DNA of 64,000 nucleotides. Origin: Tubulanus polymorphus. Lineage: Eukaryota; Animalia; Nemertea. The position numbers and the translations under genes are program-made. This document shows, one piece after another, positions 11,440 to 23,599 of this stretch; positions within the stretch are counted from its first letter, which is position 1, and each line of letters begins with the position of its first letter. The stretch spans positions 12,261,263-12,325,262 of the forward strand of contig NC_134028.1 in NCBI RefSeq assembly GCF_964204645.1. Reading direction: 5' to 3'. A model generated the notes under the pieces. It was given only the letters and a program-made list of their open reading frames with translations, had not been told where the DNA came from and ran no database searches.

Positions 11440-14400
11440 TCTAGCGATTTGGTTGGGAAAATAGCAGCACTATAGTTGAAAAAAGTTGACAAACCAGCTC
11501 TGACTGTCTAATCATTTAAAAGCATTGCCTTCACATGGAACTATTTCCGCCTTATCACAGGTTCACTCTGCCGCTGTGATTCACCCATTCAACGATAAAA
11601 ACTTTCCCACGGTCTTACTATCTGCATTTTCTAATAAAGGTCCAATGGCCCTGTGGCTCACCATTAAATCATTTAGTGCATATATTGTCAAAAATATTAT
11701 ACTAAATATAAATTAATTTGGATTGAAGATGTATAAGGCTGACAATATATGCGCCTGCAGATGTGTTAGAGTTCTGTGTATACTATCATTGCCGAGTCAC
11801 TGTGCTATATATAGACTCACTCAGGTGATTACTAACACCCACAGCCATATACTGTAGCCTATATTCGCACGCACGCGGCTGACTGCTGACGCGGGTATAT
11901 ACAAATGTACTAGCAACGCAGTATTAGATTGGCCGTAATATCACAAGTCAGAATACATCCATCCACAAAATGTCAAAAATATACAAACATATACGGACTT
12001 TTTTTTCTAGAAATAAAAAAAATACCGGCTATGATTGGAAGACCCACTACGAACCCTGTCATTGGTATCGTCATACTTGCTAGTTCAGAATTGCAACTGA
12101 ATTGAATAGCCTACTCGCTTATATTCGTGTCAACGAACAAATTATAAGCAAACGTACGATACCTAATCGAATAAAATGTTCGCCATTTCGTCTTGGATTT
12201 CACATTAGGCTTTCCCAATTACATCAGAGACGCTGAAATTCCCAGAATTTCCCGTATATCCCACAAACAGCCAATCACATTCATTGTAGCTCAGGTTACA
12301 AGGTCAACTCAAATAAATAGAAGCGAGGAAATTTAGGGGGTTTATAAAGTGAGGGCTTGTAGGTCAAAAAGTACATTGAGATCAGTCGAACTAAAAACGG
12401 CGACACTTCCAGGAAGGATTGAACTTTTATATATTTCAATTTCAAGCATGCAAATTGTCATATATAAAAACGTGCCATTACTAAGTGCTAAAAAGCAGGC
12501 TTTTTGCGTGTTTTTCAAGAATAAGTCCCCTAAAAATAACTCGATCACTATGAAATTTTTGTGGGCTCGAGAACTCATTAAGCCAAACCATAAAACCAAA
12601 AATCAACACAATCGGTTCAACAGCCAATGTTTGTGTCTTGTTGACACACCGGTACTCTATTCATTTTCAATGAAAACTGCTTCATCAGACCGTTTGCATA
12701 GGCAAACCTAAGGTTCGCCAATAATTTAGAGAAATATTTTTTTAAAGTGAAAGTTCACACTGCATTAATAAGATTAAAGTATTTATTCGTTTGACAAATC
12801 TTCCTCTGAACTCCCACCAACAAGTTATAAGTTTCTGCGAAAGCAACAGAAACCCTAACATTAATCGCCGGTTATCAATAGGGTTTTCTGTGAAGAAACA
12901 GAAAACCCTAATTAAAAAGAGCAAACCATTAGGAAGCTAAAGTGACATTTATGGGCACATCAAAAGGTCACAGGATAGCTCTCTTGGGTCCAATCGACAC
13001 AATTTTTCATAAGCTGATGGACCCTTGTATACAAATATATATGCAAGATCAAGATGATTGATCAAAGCGTCTTCCAAAATTTCCCTCAAAACACTTCAGA
13101 AACGAGTAAAAAGTGCTGATTGATAGATATTTCTTTAAAATTTCTCTAAAAAATTTCAGTTAAGGGCCATTGGTCCAGTAGGATCAACTGAGCACATTTG
13201 ACTATTTGAGAACAAAAATTGATTTGTTCTCGGATTTGCAATACCATATAAACAGCTGGTAAATATGTTATCATATATCATAGTTATCATATTGTTTTCA
13301 AGGATGTGAAAGTGGGATGGGTACAAACTTGGATTCAGCCTACAATAGTACTACAATACGATATTACCAATGTATAGTAGGCTAGTACAAGAGCCCCAAG
13401 GGGCACTATGGCCAGCCTGTCAGCTTTTCATAAAATGGCAAATGATGATGCATTCTGTGGGTTAAATTTGTCAAAATACACTCCCAGCTCAGAGTCAATG
13501 CCTAATAATTTACACAATACAATCGTAGAATACAAAAGTAGCACAGACAGGGACTGAATCTGGCAGGAACAAATACCTCAGATAAATCTTTTCCCTTGGT
13601 CTTATTGATTTTAATGTTGGATAGAATTGAATTTTCTGAAATTTGCTCAATAAAACAAAATTGAATTGTGATTTGATGTTTTTATTTGTTCAATAAAGTA
13701 AAATTGAATTGGATTTGATATTTTTTGCGGAATAAAATTTGATTGAATTTGTAGTTTGAGCAAATGGCTAATTAGCATATCAAGGTCATCTATCATATTT
13801 AAGAAAAAGCTATTTTTCTGTGACTTTGCACAATGGTCAATGATATTTTCTGTAGTGCTAATAAAAATATTCCTCCCAAAAACCAAATCAACTAAAGCTT
13901 TCACAGAAATCGATCTTGAAATACAACTTGAGATCTTAAAATAAAACCCGGAAGTAAAACGGTAGACGATACCAAGGGATCACGTGAACACCTGCTGATT
14001 TCTGCGGCTAAGCCAATCATAGAGGAGTCTTTTATCATGCGGTACTTTACACAGCCATACTTTATATATATTTAGTCTGATTTTGGCTTATAATGTTATG
14101 TATTTAAAATAATGAAATGTCTTAATTTGTCATAGTTAATGTTATATCATAAACATATATTCCATATATTGTATCTATAAACTTAGTAACTGTTTTGAGT
14201 TTTGTGTCAAACATTAATTAGCACCTGCAATTACTATAATCCCACAGACCTGTGTTGCTAATTGGTGTCTGACACTCACCAATTTAAGAGTAGTTATTCT
14301 CATATTATATTAATGCCAACATGTCTAAACTGTGAGATACATGTCTAGCAAGTATTGTTTATTTAATAACTATGGCTAATTAACTATCAAACTCATGTCT

Positions 14401-14451
14401 CAGCTAGTTCTCAGCAGATGGGTATAAATACCCATGGAATGGAACTGCAGT

Positions 14452-14817
14452 CATTCTATTCTGCTGACAATATACTACATGAACGAAACCTCTGAGTTGC
14501 TCTTTATTTAATTCAAGGTAAGCCATCATTATGTCATGTGACCTGAACTCTGGAGATTGTATTAGAGGCATGTTTTGGAGAAATAATCATTTAATATATT
14601 TCTTCAAATGTGCTTTTGATGTATTATACAGTCAGATTTATTAGTGGTTAAATCTAGCTTTTGCTTGTAATAAAATACCATATTTTAAGCGTCAAATACT
14701 ATTGCTTTTATAAATATTAAAAATATGTAACTTGTAATTATTATAATATTCATTCTATTCTGCTGACAATATACTACATGAACGAGACCTCTGAGTTGCT
14801 CTTTATTTAATTCAAGG
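14452..14817 (+). repeat. About 66-bp direct repeat pair, LTR or pseudo-LTR-like
   Basis: cattctattctgctgacaatatactacatgaacga(a/g)acctctgagttgctctttatttaattcaagg at about 14452 and 14751, one mismatch; a TATAAA lies about 28 nt upstream of the first copy. Confidence 0.7.
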
Positions 14818-15119
14818 ACTGAGAAAACAACAGCATCATACTTTGCTTTCTGATTGGCTTTTCAAAACCAATATTTTTGTGATCAGATATTCGCGAAAAA
14901 GCTCATATCAATTTCAACGAGGCCCTCTTTCAAAATTCAGCTACGTAGAGTTTGGAGATTATGCTTTAATGAATGATTTGTATGAATATATGCTCAGTTG
15001 CACAGTAAAAGAGCCTTTGCTCTGGAAACCATGTCATTTAAATTCGCTCCATTTGTATAGTAATAGGCTCAGCCTGCGGCTGGCCTAAAAAATTAGGTTA
15101 TTTAACCACTATTTATTAC

Positions 15120-15211
15120 CGTCAAAGGCTCTTTATCAGAGTCATTCTTCGATGCTCCATAACTCTCATCTAAGGCATCAAAATCCTCACTGTAGTTACC
15201 AGTTAGAATAT
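15120..15211 (-). CDS. KATNIP: KATNIP-like exon (DILTGNYSEDFDALDESYGASKNDSDKEPLT)
   Basis: ttgtAG|AT...ACG|GTaat, 92 nt, phase 1 to 0. YSEDFD matches the YSDDFE motif expected next in KATNIP. Confidence 0.7.
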
Positions 15212-17760
15212 CTACAACGAATCAATAAATGAAGAAATGAAAAAAGCATTGACCAAACAGAATGTCACTTAGACGACTTTTGCCCCAACATTAGAGGGGA
15301 TATACCTGAGTGTAAAATGTCAACCCATTTCTGAGTTAGCTGGAAATGAAAATGATCAGCAACTAGAATATGGCATAACGCCACGTATAAAAACCTGGTA
15401 CATTCAAAGTTTTAATATACAGTACCTGTATTGAATAAAGGACTAGCACAACGCACAAACAACAGGGCCGTACAATTCGTTATGTTAATGAGCTCCATTA
15501 ATTTTAATGAGCTCCTTAGCAACCCCGAAATTGAACTGGAATAACTACAGCCAGCGCGAAACAAGTGTCTTATTAATGAAACAACATGGGGGATGGTTGA
15601 AAACATTTCGGCTTAAATTTAGTCGAGTTTTAGGACTTTGATGAATTTCGCGAAACCATGAGTCAATTGATTAATTCTATTTACGTTGGCCACATTTCCT
15701 GAAAAATATTTCTGGCTCAAGTCAACGTACAGAATGGACAGAATGGTAGGAATTTACATACAGCACTTTACTTCCGCGTTCACTCTAAACTTGTACCAAT
15801 GACAACGACAGCAGAGTTTATGTAATTTAAGGTGAGAATCCTTTAACCAGGGAATGTAAGACATGATTTCTTTATAATATGAGTATGTATGGTAGCAGAT
15901 GAGTACTCGGTGAAGCAATGATCACTGTTGGCTACCTACTTGCCTAGCTTTGGCTTGGGGATACACCTAGACTAGAATATATTTAGGCCCTATTAGGTAG
16001 AGCCAGTCAGTGGAGAGCCTAAGAAGCTATTTAAATTGGTCTCCTAAGATATCTTATATTCTTTATTTCGCTCCTCTATGATATAAACTGAGTAATTCTT
16101 ACATTTGATAGCTTAATTACTGGTGGAAAGAGGTCAGATGACATGAAATCGACATTGGCTGACTAATTGGCGCGAGTAGATCAAGCGTTGAGGTTTCAAA
16201 AGGTGTGGCCAAAATGCTTGAATCATCAGGGGTAGACAAATGATCCAAAATGAATGAAAACTTCACCTTGATGATCATCAGTTGATTTTGCTGTAATTGT
16301 CTTGCCTGCATGAATCAAAATATCCCTCATTTCAAAATCTGTGTTCAGTGGAAGTTCTTTCAATAAAATAAAAAATTATCTAACTAATTTTTATGTATTC
16401 AAGATTGAATTTGAATTGATCTAAAACCAGAGACTCATATTCAAATTCTGTGAAGTCAGTTAAGGTTATTTGCTTATATCAAGCCGAGGGCTCAAATGGC
16501 TAAAACTCAATTCCTCAATGTCCCTATAATGCCGAGTACCCTGGGGAGCATCTGGAGCAGCTGGAGGAAGGGGTTAAAAAACCACGAGTCACCTGTTGTG
16601 CAGCTGTTGTTAACCACGGTATTAATAACGTCCGTAACTATGGGCAGACAACAGAGAGTATTTACTGTACAATGTTCTGGCCAGGAAATACCCAAACCTT
16701 TCTCTATTCCACCTTAAGTTGCCCAAAGCTCCTGTTATAAGAGGAAAATGAGAGACGGTGGTCCCCAAAGACAGAATAAACACGCACTGCGAGAAAGCGG
16801 GATTTCGGACCATAGACCAACCCGAACTGGAGGAAGGGAACTTCAAGGGAATCCACTACCGTCGTTCCTATACCGGCTATGGAGACTGTCACCTGACATA
16901 TCATCACTGTGGTTAAGGGTCACTTGGGGATATGATGTGGTAGTAGGGTGGGCACCGTACAGCGGTTAAATCACCATACTCTCCTTTCATTACCCATAAC
17001 TGGTTACCGTGCTGACATGTTTTACCTCGAATTTGGGTACTGCCATTGTTTTTTTATTTTATTTTTAGCTTACCTTGTTGTTACGGAATCAGACTCATGT
17101 TGGAACCTTCTGCAAGAGGCCCAACCGACCTGATGAACCTTCTGTGATTTCAGCACGTAGGAACCTGCTGTTCACCGACCTAGGCAAGTGTGTTGATTAT
17201 TGAGCGAGTACCTTCAAATGGTTTAATCGCCTCTAATCTACCCCCAGTGGAACATAAGCATAGTGTTGGTGTATCAGTTGGGTCGCGTTGGATAATTGGA
17301 TTTATTGCAAATTGCGAACTGTAAATAGCGAATGTGTGCGAATGTGTGTGTTGGTGTAACCCGTAGTTTATGACATTTTTGTAACGGACACTGAATATCG
17401 ACATGATATATGAACTGTAAATACTGGACGTATGTGCGGTCGTAAGCTATGCTTACAACACTTTTGGGGGGAGTGGTGTAACGGGTCTCGTACCTGTTGT
17501 TATGTATAGAGTTTAATATAAATTGCCCCCTTATAGTCTATCGTCGGAGCGAAGATCATCCTTAAAGGAGGTATTAGATATTTAGAAGACAGGATCGTTA
17601 CATTGCTTCGATGACAAACTAAATCCCAAGCAAGATGACCTTCCAAATTTAATGTAAATTAAGAAAGAAAACAACCAAATAAATTGATCATCAAAAATAA
17701 ATTAATTGTTTATTACGATACTTCTTCAATTTCAAAGTAATACTTTTTCAAGATAAAAAT

Positions 17761-18775
17761 AAATAAATTGCCCATGGGCAAAGTGTGGTTTACCTTGAAA
17801 GCTAGAGGTTGGGGTAAGGGCATTGCTTGAAAAATCTTTTTAATTCATGACTTCAAAGTTCTACAAGTTTAAATATTGTATTTCATCTTTCTTAAAGGAA
17901 TATTTTGTAGACATATAAGAACAAAGATAAACACTTGTTTATGGTCTACGTCCAAAATTGCATAGGGTACAGGTAGGCGTGGCATGGAAACTATTTTATA
18001 TTTTCAAAGAAATATTTTTCATTATATGAAAAAATATTCAAATAAAATTCATATGATGTCACATATCAGAGGGTGGCTGAATGTATGGCCGCGGAAGCTA
18101 AAATACCGGTGCAGTAAGAAATTGGCGTATTAGATCGTTTTAAATCCTGGAATTTACCACTACCTCGACCTATACCTAGTTATACATAGTTTGCTGCTTA
18201 GTATTTTCAGGTCACAAGAAATAAAATCTATTACAAATTCAATCAAACAGAAAACACAGCGCTCATCTTCTGCTGATGAAATGTCAAACGCGCTAGCAAG
18301 CAGCGTTACAGTATCACTATAGTGGTGTATACTGAACGCGCGTGTGTTTGTGTTTGTGGAGGCCTTGTGTAAGTGAATGTTCGCTTACACTTCAATGTCA
18401 ATCAAATCAATCACGGCACCTATACAGCACCTAGTCCAATGAAACTATCGCCATTCTATGGCTTTCCCATAATTATTTTAGTAGCGCCGGAATTCCCCAT
18501 ATATCCCAAAAACAGCCAATCACATTCACTCGTAGAGACAACGCCCCCCCCCCCCCAATCGAGGTCAATGCAATTTTATACGCGAGAGCTAAGAATTTTC
18601 CCGCCAAAAACAATTTTTCGCAGAATTTTAACAATGTTGACCATGTCATCGACGGAGGTTCACCATGCCTTCAATCGCATCGATTATACGTCGTTTAACC
18701 CGAGAACCAATGAAACAAATGCTCACATAAAAAAACCGTACGGCGATTTTACATGAATTGGCTCAATGCCAACTT
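17761..18775 (-). mobile_element. HINE family A copy fused to family C
   Basis: Starts AAATAAATTGCCCATGGGCAAAGTGTGGTTTACCTTG; lacks its own other end, which is replaced by family C at ...ccaACTTgtgtacc. Confidence 0.8.
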
Positions 18776-19578
18776 GTGTACCAAGTTTGAAATGAATCGG
18801 TCAACAATTGCAGTATCTAGGCTGTTAATGTCGTTTTTCATGTCGGCCCCCTGGTGGCCATAATTTGAATCGAATTGACGCAATTTTACTAAGGGTTCTG
18901 GCCCAGTGATATCCTACCTCTGTACCAAGTTTGAAATGAATCGGTCTGCAATTGCAGCCTCTAGGGTGTTAACATAATTTTTCATGTTAGCCCCCTGGTG
19001 GCCATAAGTTGAATCAAATCAACCCAATTTTTAATCAGGTTCTGGCTTAAGTCATATCCCATTTGTGTACCAAGTTTGAAATGAATCGGTTAACAATTGC
19101 GGCCTTTAGGCTATTAACATCATTTTTCATGTCGGCCCCCTGGTGGCCATTATTCAAATCGAATCGACCCAATTTGAGACAGGCTTCAGTCCCATGTGTT
19201 ATCCTACTTGTGTACCAAGTTTGAAATGATTTGGTCAACAATTGCGTTCACATTGGCCCCCTGGTGGCCATAATTTGAATCAAATCAACCCAAATGTTTA
19301 CCAAGTTTGAAATGAATCGGTCTGCAATTGCGGCCTCTAGGCTGTTAACATCATTTTTCATGTCGGCCCCTGTTGGCCATAATTTGAATCAAATCGACCC
19401 AATTTTAAATATGGTCCTGGCCCAGGTGATATCCTACTTGTGTACCAAGTTTGAAAACAATCAGTCAACAATTGCGGCCTCTCAGCTGTTAACGTCACTT
19501 GTGGCGGTGGCGGCGTACTCGGACAGGGGTAAATCTATATGCCCCCTCTCAACTATAGTTGAGCCAGGGGCATAAAAA
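18775..19578 (-). mobile_element. HINE family C with 145-bp internal tandem array
   Basis: tgtaccaagtttgaaa at 18777, 18921, 19066, 19211, (~19296) and 19441; terminal hairpin ATGCCCCCT-ctcaactatagttgag-cc-AGGGGGCAT followed by AAAAA. Confidence 0.75.
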
Positions 19579-20469
19579 CTGCCCTCTAGAAAGCAATTAC
19601 CGTATATAAGCCACTAAACTTGTTGAACTGATCACTTCGGTACTTTGACTAGTAACGACCAATCAAAGCGCGGGTTTCCCCTAGTTACTTCAAAACTGCC
19701 GAAATTCCCAAAGCAGCCACTCATAGGGCGGTTTCCCATAATAACATCAAAAGCGCTGGCATTCCCAAAGCAACCAATCATATCATGTGTTTTCCATGAT
19801 CACGTCAAGCGCGCTTGTCAATATGTGCCATATTCTAACCCATTATCTTTCAACAGAGATGAGAACAATGACCTATAAAACCGCGGTTTTTTGCTTGAGT
19901 TGCACACACGAACCAGCTGATGGCGTAGCCGCCAGATCATCGTGGAAAATTGATATTTTTTAATACCGAAATCCGCGGGAAACCGCGGATCCACGGGAAT
20001 TCTCATCTCTGTTTCAAGGAATCCCATCAAATGACGGAAATGTTGGACTGCACAATAAACTTGAACATTCAATAGTACAAAACGGAGAAAACTGAACGGT
20101 ACATGATGTCATTTTAACAGGATAACAAAGTGGTGGTTCACTACGTGAACCCACCACAAAATTTACACACAGGGTTTTCTGTTGGTGGTCAGAAAACCCT
20201 TATAGTCAAGAGAATATCAATAGGGTTTTCAGCAAAAGCAACAGGTAACTTGAAATATCATCACCATCCAACTGGATATGATGTGAAAATATCTTGAATA
20301 CATCAGATCTTTCCTTATCTCAATGACTGTAAAAATGATGTGCTATCCTTGATGGTAAACAAACATAACACGATACTAATAGCTCCTAGAGAATAAGCTC
20401 CTACATAAGTTATAAGATCAAATATAAAATATGAACAGTTATCTCCCCGAAATCCAAAATGAATAGGCG

Positions 20470-20818
20470 GACAAATTTGTCACAGAAAAAATGTTCCAGG
20501 AAAAAAAATGTCCCCAGAAAAGATGTCCCCGGAGAAAATGTCCCAGTCTATAATTACTGAATTGGTAATAGTTAATTTCACATCAAAATAACAACCAATA
20601 ACGGCTCTACTTTCATTTAACTATTTGTATTGTAAATGTAAAATTTGACGTATAATATAGATATGATAAATATTTACATACTTCAGTGTTATTTTGATGT
20701 GAAATATAGCCTACTTAATAGTAATGATTGACTGGGAGATTTTTGCCCACCCTGGGCAATTTTATACTGGAACATTTTTTCCATGATATTTTTTCCGGGG
20801 ACATTATTCCTTGGATAC
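20470..20818. mobile_element. Foldback MITE with repeated subterminal motifs (MULE-like)
   Basis: aaaatgtcccc(a/g)g units on the left, inverted ggacattt-type units on the right; internal inverted pair atttcacatcaaaataaca / tgttattttgatgtgaaat. Confidence 0.5.
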
Positions 20819-21049
20819 AAGTATGATACCCGGACGATAACCTATTCTGAAAATAAAATAGACCCCTGCATGGAAAAATGATATGAGCAATCAACTGTAT
20901 TTCAACGCGCAGTATCTTTGAAACAAATTTCGTCAAATTAGTTTCCTCTATGAAATAGATGGACGAAAATTGAACACAATAGCTCACTCAAACTTTTTCA
21001 GAAAAGTTTGGGGTTAAGGCGTTACAACGAAACCAATAGATAAGCTTAC

Positions 21050-21223
21050 CAGGAGCATTCACAATCATCTTTTCTCCAAAATCAGTCCTCAATTGTAAAG
21101 AATGCTGTGCCCAATTCCTTCTGTTATTTTCAGGGGCAGTCTTTACCCTCAAGGATTCATCATTAATTACAGGTTTTTGAATATTCTCCTGCTGTAAACA
21201 ACTTGTCTTAGCTCGTTCATTTT
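21050..21223 (-). CDS. KATNIP: KATNIP-like exon (ENERAKTS...RVKTAPENNRRNWAQHSLQLRTDFGEKMIVNAP)
   Basis: ttttgcAG|AA...CCT G|GTaag, 174 nt, phase 1 to 1, inside ORF 20988..21407. TAP..RR.W.Q.S.Q.RT..G resembles the recalled KATNIP TAPxKVQRRGWHQKSVQIRTEAG. Confidence 0.8.
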
Positions 21224-21494
21224 CTGCAAAATATGTACTTAATACTTTAAATTTCATATCAATTCCCATGTTTTCAAAGCTTCTCTTTTCAATTTTATGC
21301 ATCAGAGCTCTAACTATATCATTTTTACCCACAAACCAAGTGTCCCTCAAACCAAGTTTGAACTGCCCTTTTGTCGAAAAGAAGCAGTGGGTGAGGCAAT
21401 ATATCAATGAAAATCCAAAGCTGGATGTCGACTGCTATAGTAAACAGAGCTATGTGGATTTTGAATAGGTTATTTAACATATATAATTATATTA

Positions 21495-21967
21495 CAGTAG
21501 TACTGGCGTAAGTCGTTGGGACCAAAGGAAGTTGTCAGACTTAGAATAATCCTGGTATAAGTAAGTTGGATTTTTGGGGTTTTCTAAAAAATAAATCCGA
21601 ATTAGCAACAGATTAAGACCCTAAACCCTAACAACTGAGTGACACGGGGTCAATACTCTATACTCTATTCTATAGCCGACTGCGATTGTAAACAGATGTT
21701 TAACAAGTGTCCGTCAACAGTAAAATGGATCTACTTGTACATAATAGACAATCTTTTTAAAGAGAACTGACATTAGCCGACTGCATTAGAGATTGAAAAA
21801 TGCATTGCTTTGTTCAGAACATATATTTTAGCCGACTTAGCCGAACTTCTGACTTCTAGAATCCGACTTTGCTAGGAAAATGAACTGAAAAAATTGTGAC
21901 CTTGGAATTTCGGCCCACTTTGCCAATTTTCCAACTTAAAGCTGTCCGACTTACGCCGGTTCTACTT
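21495..21967. mobile_element. Tc1/pogo(Tigger)-like MITE
   Basis: TA|CAGTAGTACTGGCGTAAGTCG ... CGACTTACGCCGGTTCTACTT|TA; imperfect TIR, TA TSD. Confidence 0.7.
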
Positions 21968-22559
21968 TAGGCCCTACTTCATACAAATTATGATAATATT
22001 GTTACGAAAGTTTTGCATTGTATCATTTATAATTTAATCAGTTTAGTTCAGCAATATGGAACTGAAAAATGAAAATAAAAAAACACCAAAATTTATTTGA
22101 ATATACACATTTAATCAAGTCAGACACATAATAACAAAAAAAATTCCACAAAAATCAGCTGGATATGTAGTTTATTGTCAAAAACTCTCAAAGAACCAGG
22201 AAAAACAGATATATGCTCGAATCTATCATTGTCTCTTTACAAAATCACAGCCTAGTGAAATATTATCCAATTAAATTAAGAAATGAGTATACATTTACTT
22301 AGAGCTATAGATCTATAATAATTGTAAAACTTATTCTATTAATGAAATTTGATTTTTGAAAAAATTGGCGTTTGCCAATTGGTGTATTTGACAAATCAGC
22401 TAATTACGCACGTCGTCATTGGCGACAGGTTCAATATCAATTCAAAATTAATAAATGCTTCCTCTAAGCTTTAATGATAGAATTAAATTACATTAATAGA
22501 TATGAGAACATGGAACTATTAATGCACATTAGCATACCAATACATGGCAGATAAGTGCC

Positions 22560-23480
22560 TCAAGCAATGACAGCTGGGCCCACTGCCGAAAGAGAACCCA
22601 GCTGCCCAGAAACATCCTTCAAATGAAAGGAAGCAAAGGTATTCTGACTACTCCAGAACGCCCCTCGACAAACCTCTTCGATGGACGCGCCCGAAAATGC
22701 TGCCCATGATGTCACCATCGAGCATACCTGATGAATTACAACACGAGCAGGCTCGGCATCTACCGACGATAAAGCCTCACGAATTAGTTCTGAGACCCAA
22801 TGAGCAATAGTATCCTCCGAGACATCCTTCAAGGACTGCCCATACAGCGATATAAACAACCGATCTCTCTCTCCCCGAAGTGAGGCTGTCCGATGCAAAT
22901 AAAATCTTAACGTCCGCACCGGACAAAGCGCCCGGTCTGGAAGATCTGATTGAACCCTATGAGTCAGAGCCTTTACCCTCCACTCTCCACCAACCGCACC
23001 GGGTCTTTGATTGTTAGCGATAAAGTTGAGGTAAGGGCGGAGAACAACAAACGATGACCGGGTGACCAGGTCGAGTCGTTAATGCATGAATCTCGGACCT
23101 CCTAGCCGACATAGCCAGAAAAAGAAGAAACACTGTTTTCTTAGTGAGTTTAGAAAAACTCACTTCAGAGAGAGTTACATACGGACAAGCCATGATAAAC
23201 CTTAGGACCACCCCTAAGTCCCATAGAAGGATTTCCCAAGGCACTTTCGGCCGCGCTACTGTGAAACCCGCAATGAGCTAAGAAATACCGGGATCAGTAG
23301 TTAAGTCCTGGATACCAACCACCCTGAAAGTATGGCCAACAGCGAACCGGTAACCCTTAATAGTTACCACCTGCTGCCTCTTGACGTCAAAGAAAGAGGA
23401 AAAAATCAGCAAGAGCAGCTACTGGGTGAGAGCATGGATCTATCCACCGTTGACTACCCCAATCGCCATAGAGCTTCCAC
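22560..23480 (-). pseudogene. DIRS tyrosine recombinase (frameshifted)
   Basis: ORFs 23014..23244 and 22560..22919 carry the R and HxxR-region YR motifs; homologous to 32149-33100. Confidence 0.85.
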
Positions 23481-23599
23481 TTGGAGTCGTAAGTCCTGCC
23501 TGTACTAGGGCGCTTGGATTTAGCGACGAACAAGGAAGTCCTGACTGAAAACCCTGCAATCGCCAGGCATTGCTCGACAACTGCCAGGCGTAAGGGTTG

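Noticed and set aside
13577-13636. Candidate further KATNIP exons (also 16271-16309 and 49524-49622)
   Set aside because: Only AG/GT pairs and open frames; no recognisable homology.
15845-16200. Blocks shared with 46350-46560 and 49710-49820
   Set aside because: Real dispersed repeats, but there are no termini or coding signal to classify them.
18373-18756. 127-aa ORF and similar ORFs at 43076, 4064 and 42972 as a gene family
   Set aside because: They are chance frames in non-coding HINE-A; the frames are not conserved between copies.
18775-19500. Regularly spaced repeats as a CRISPR-like array (also 37960-38500 and 44570-45130)
   Set aside because: Whole units are homologous with no unique spacers; no cas genes; eukaryotic transposon context.
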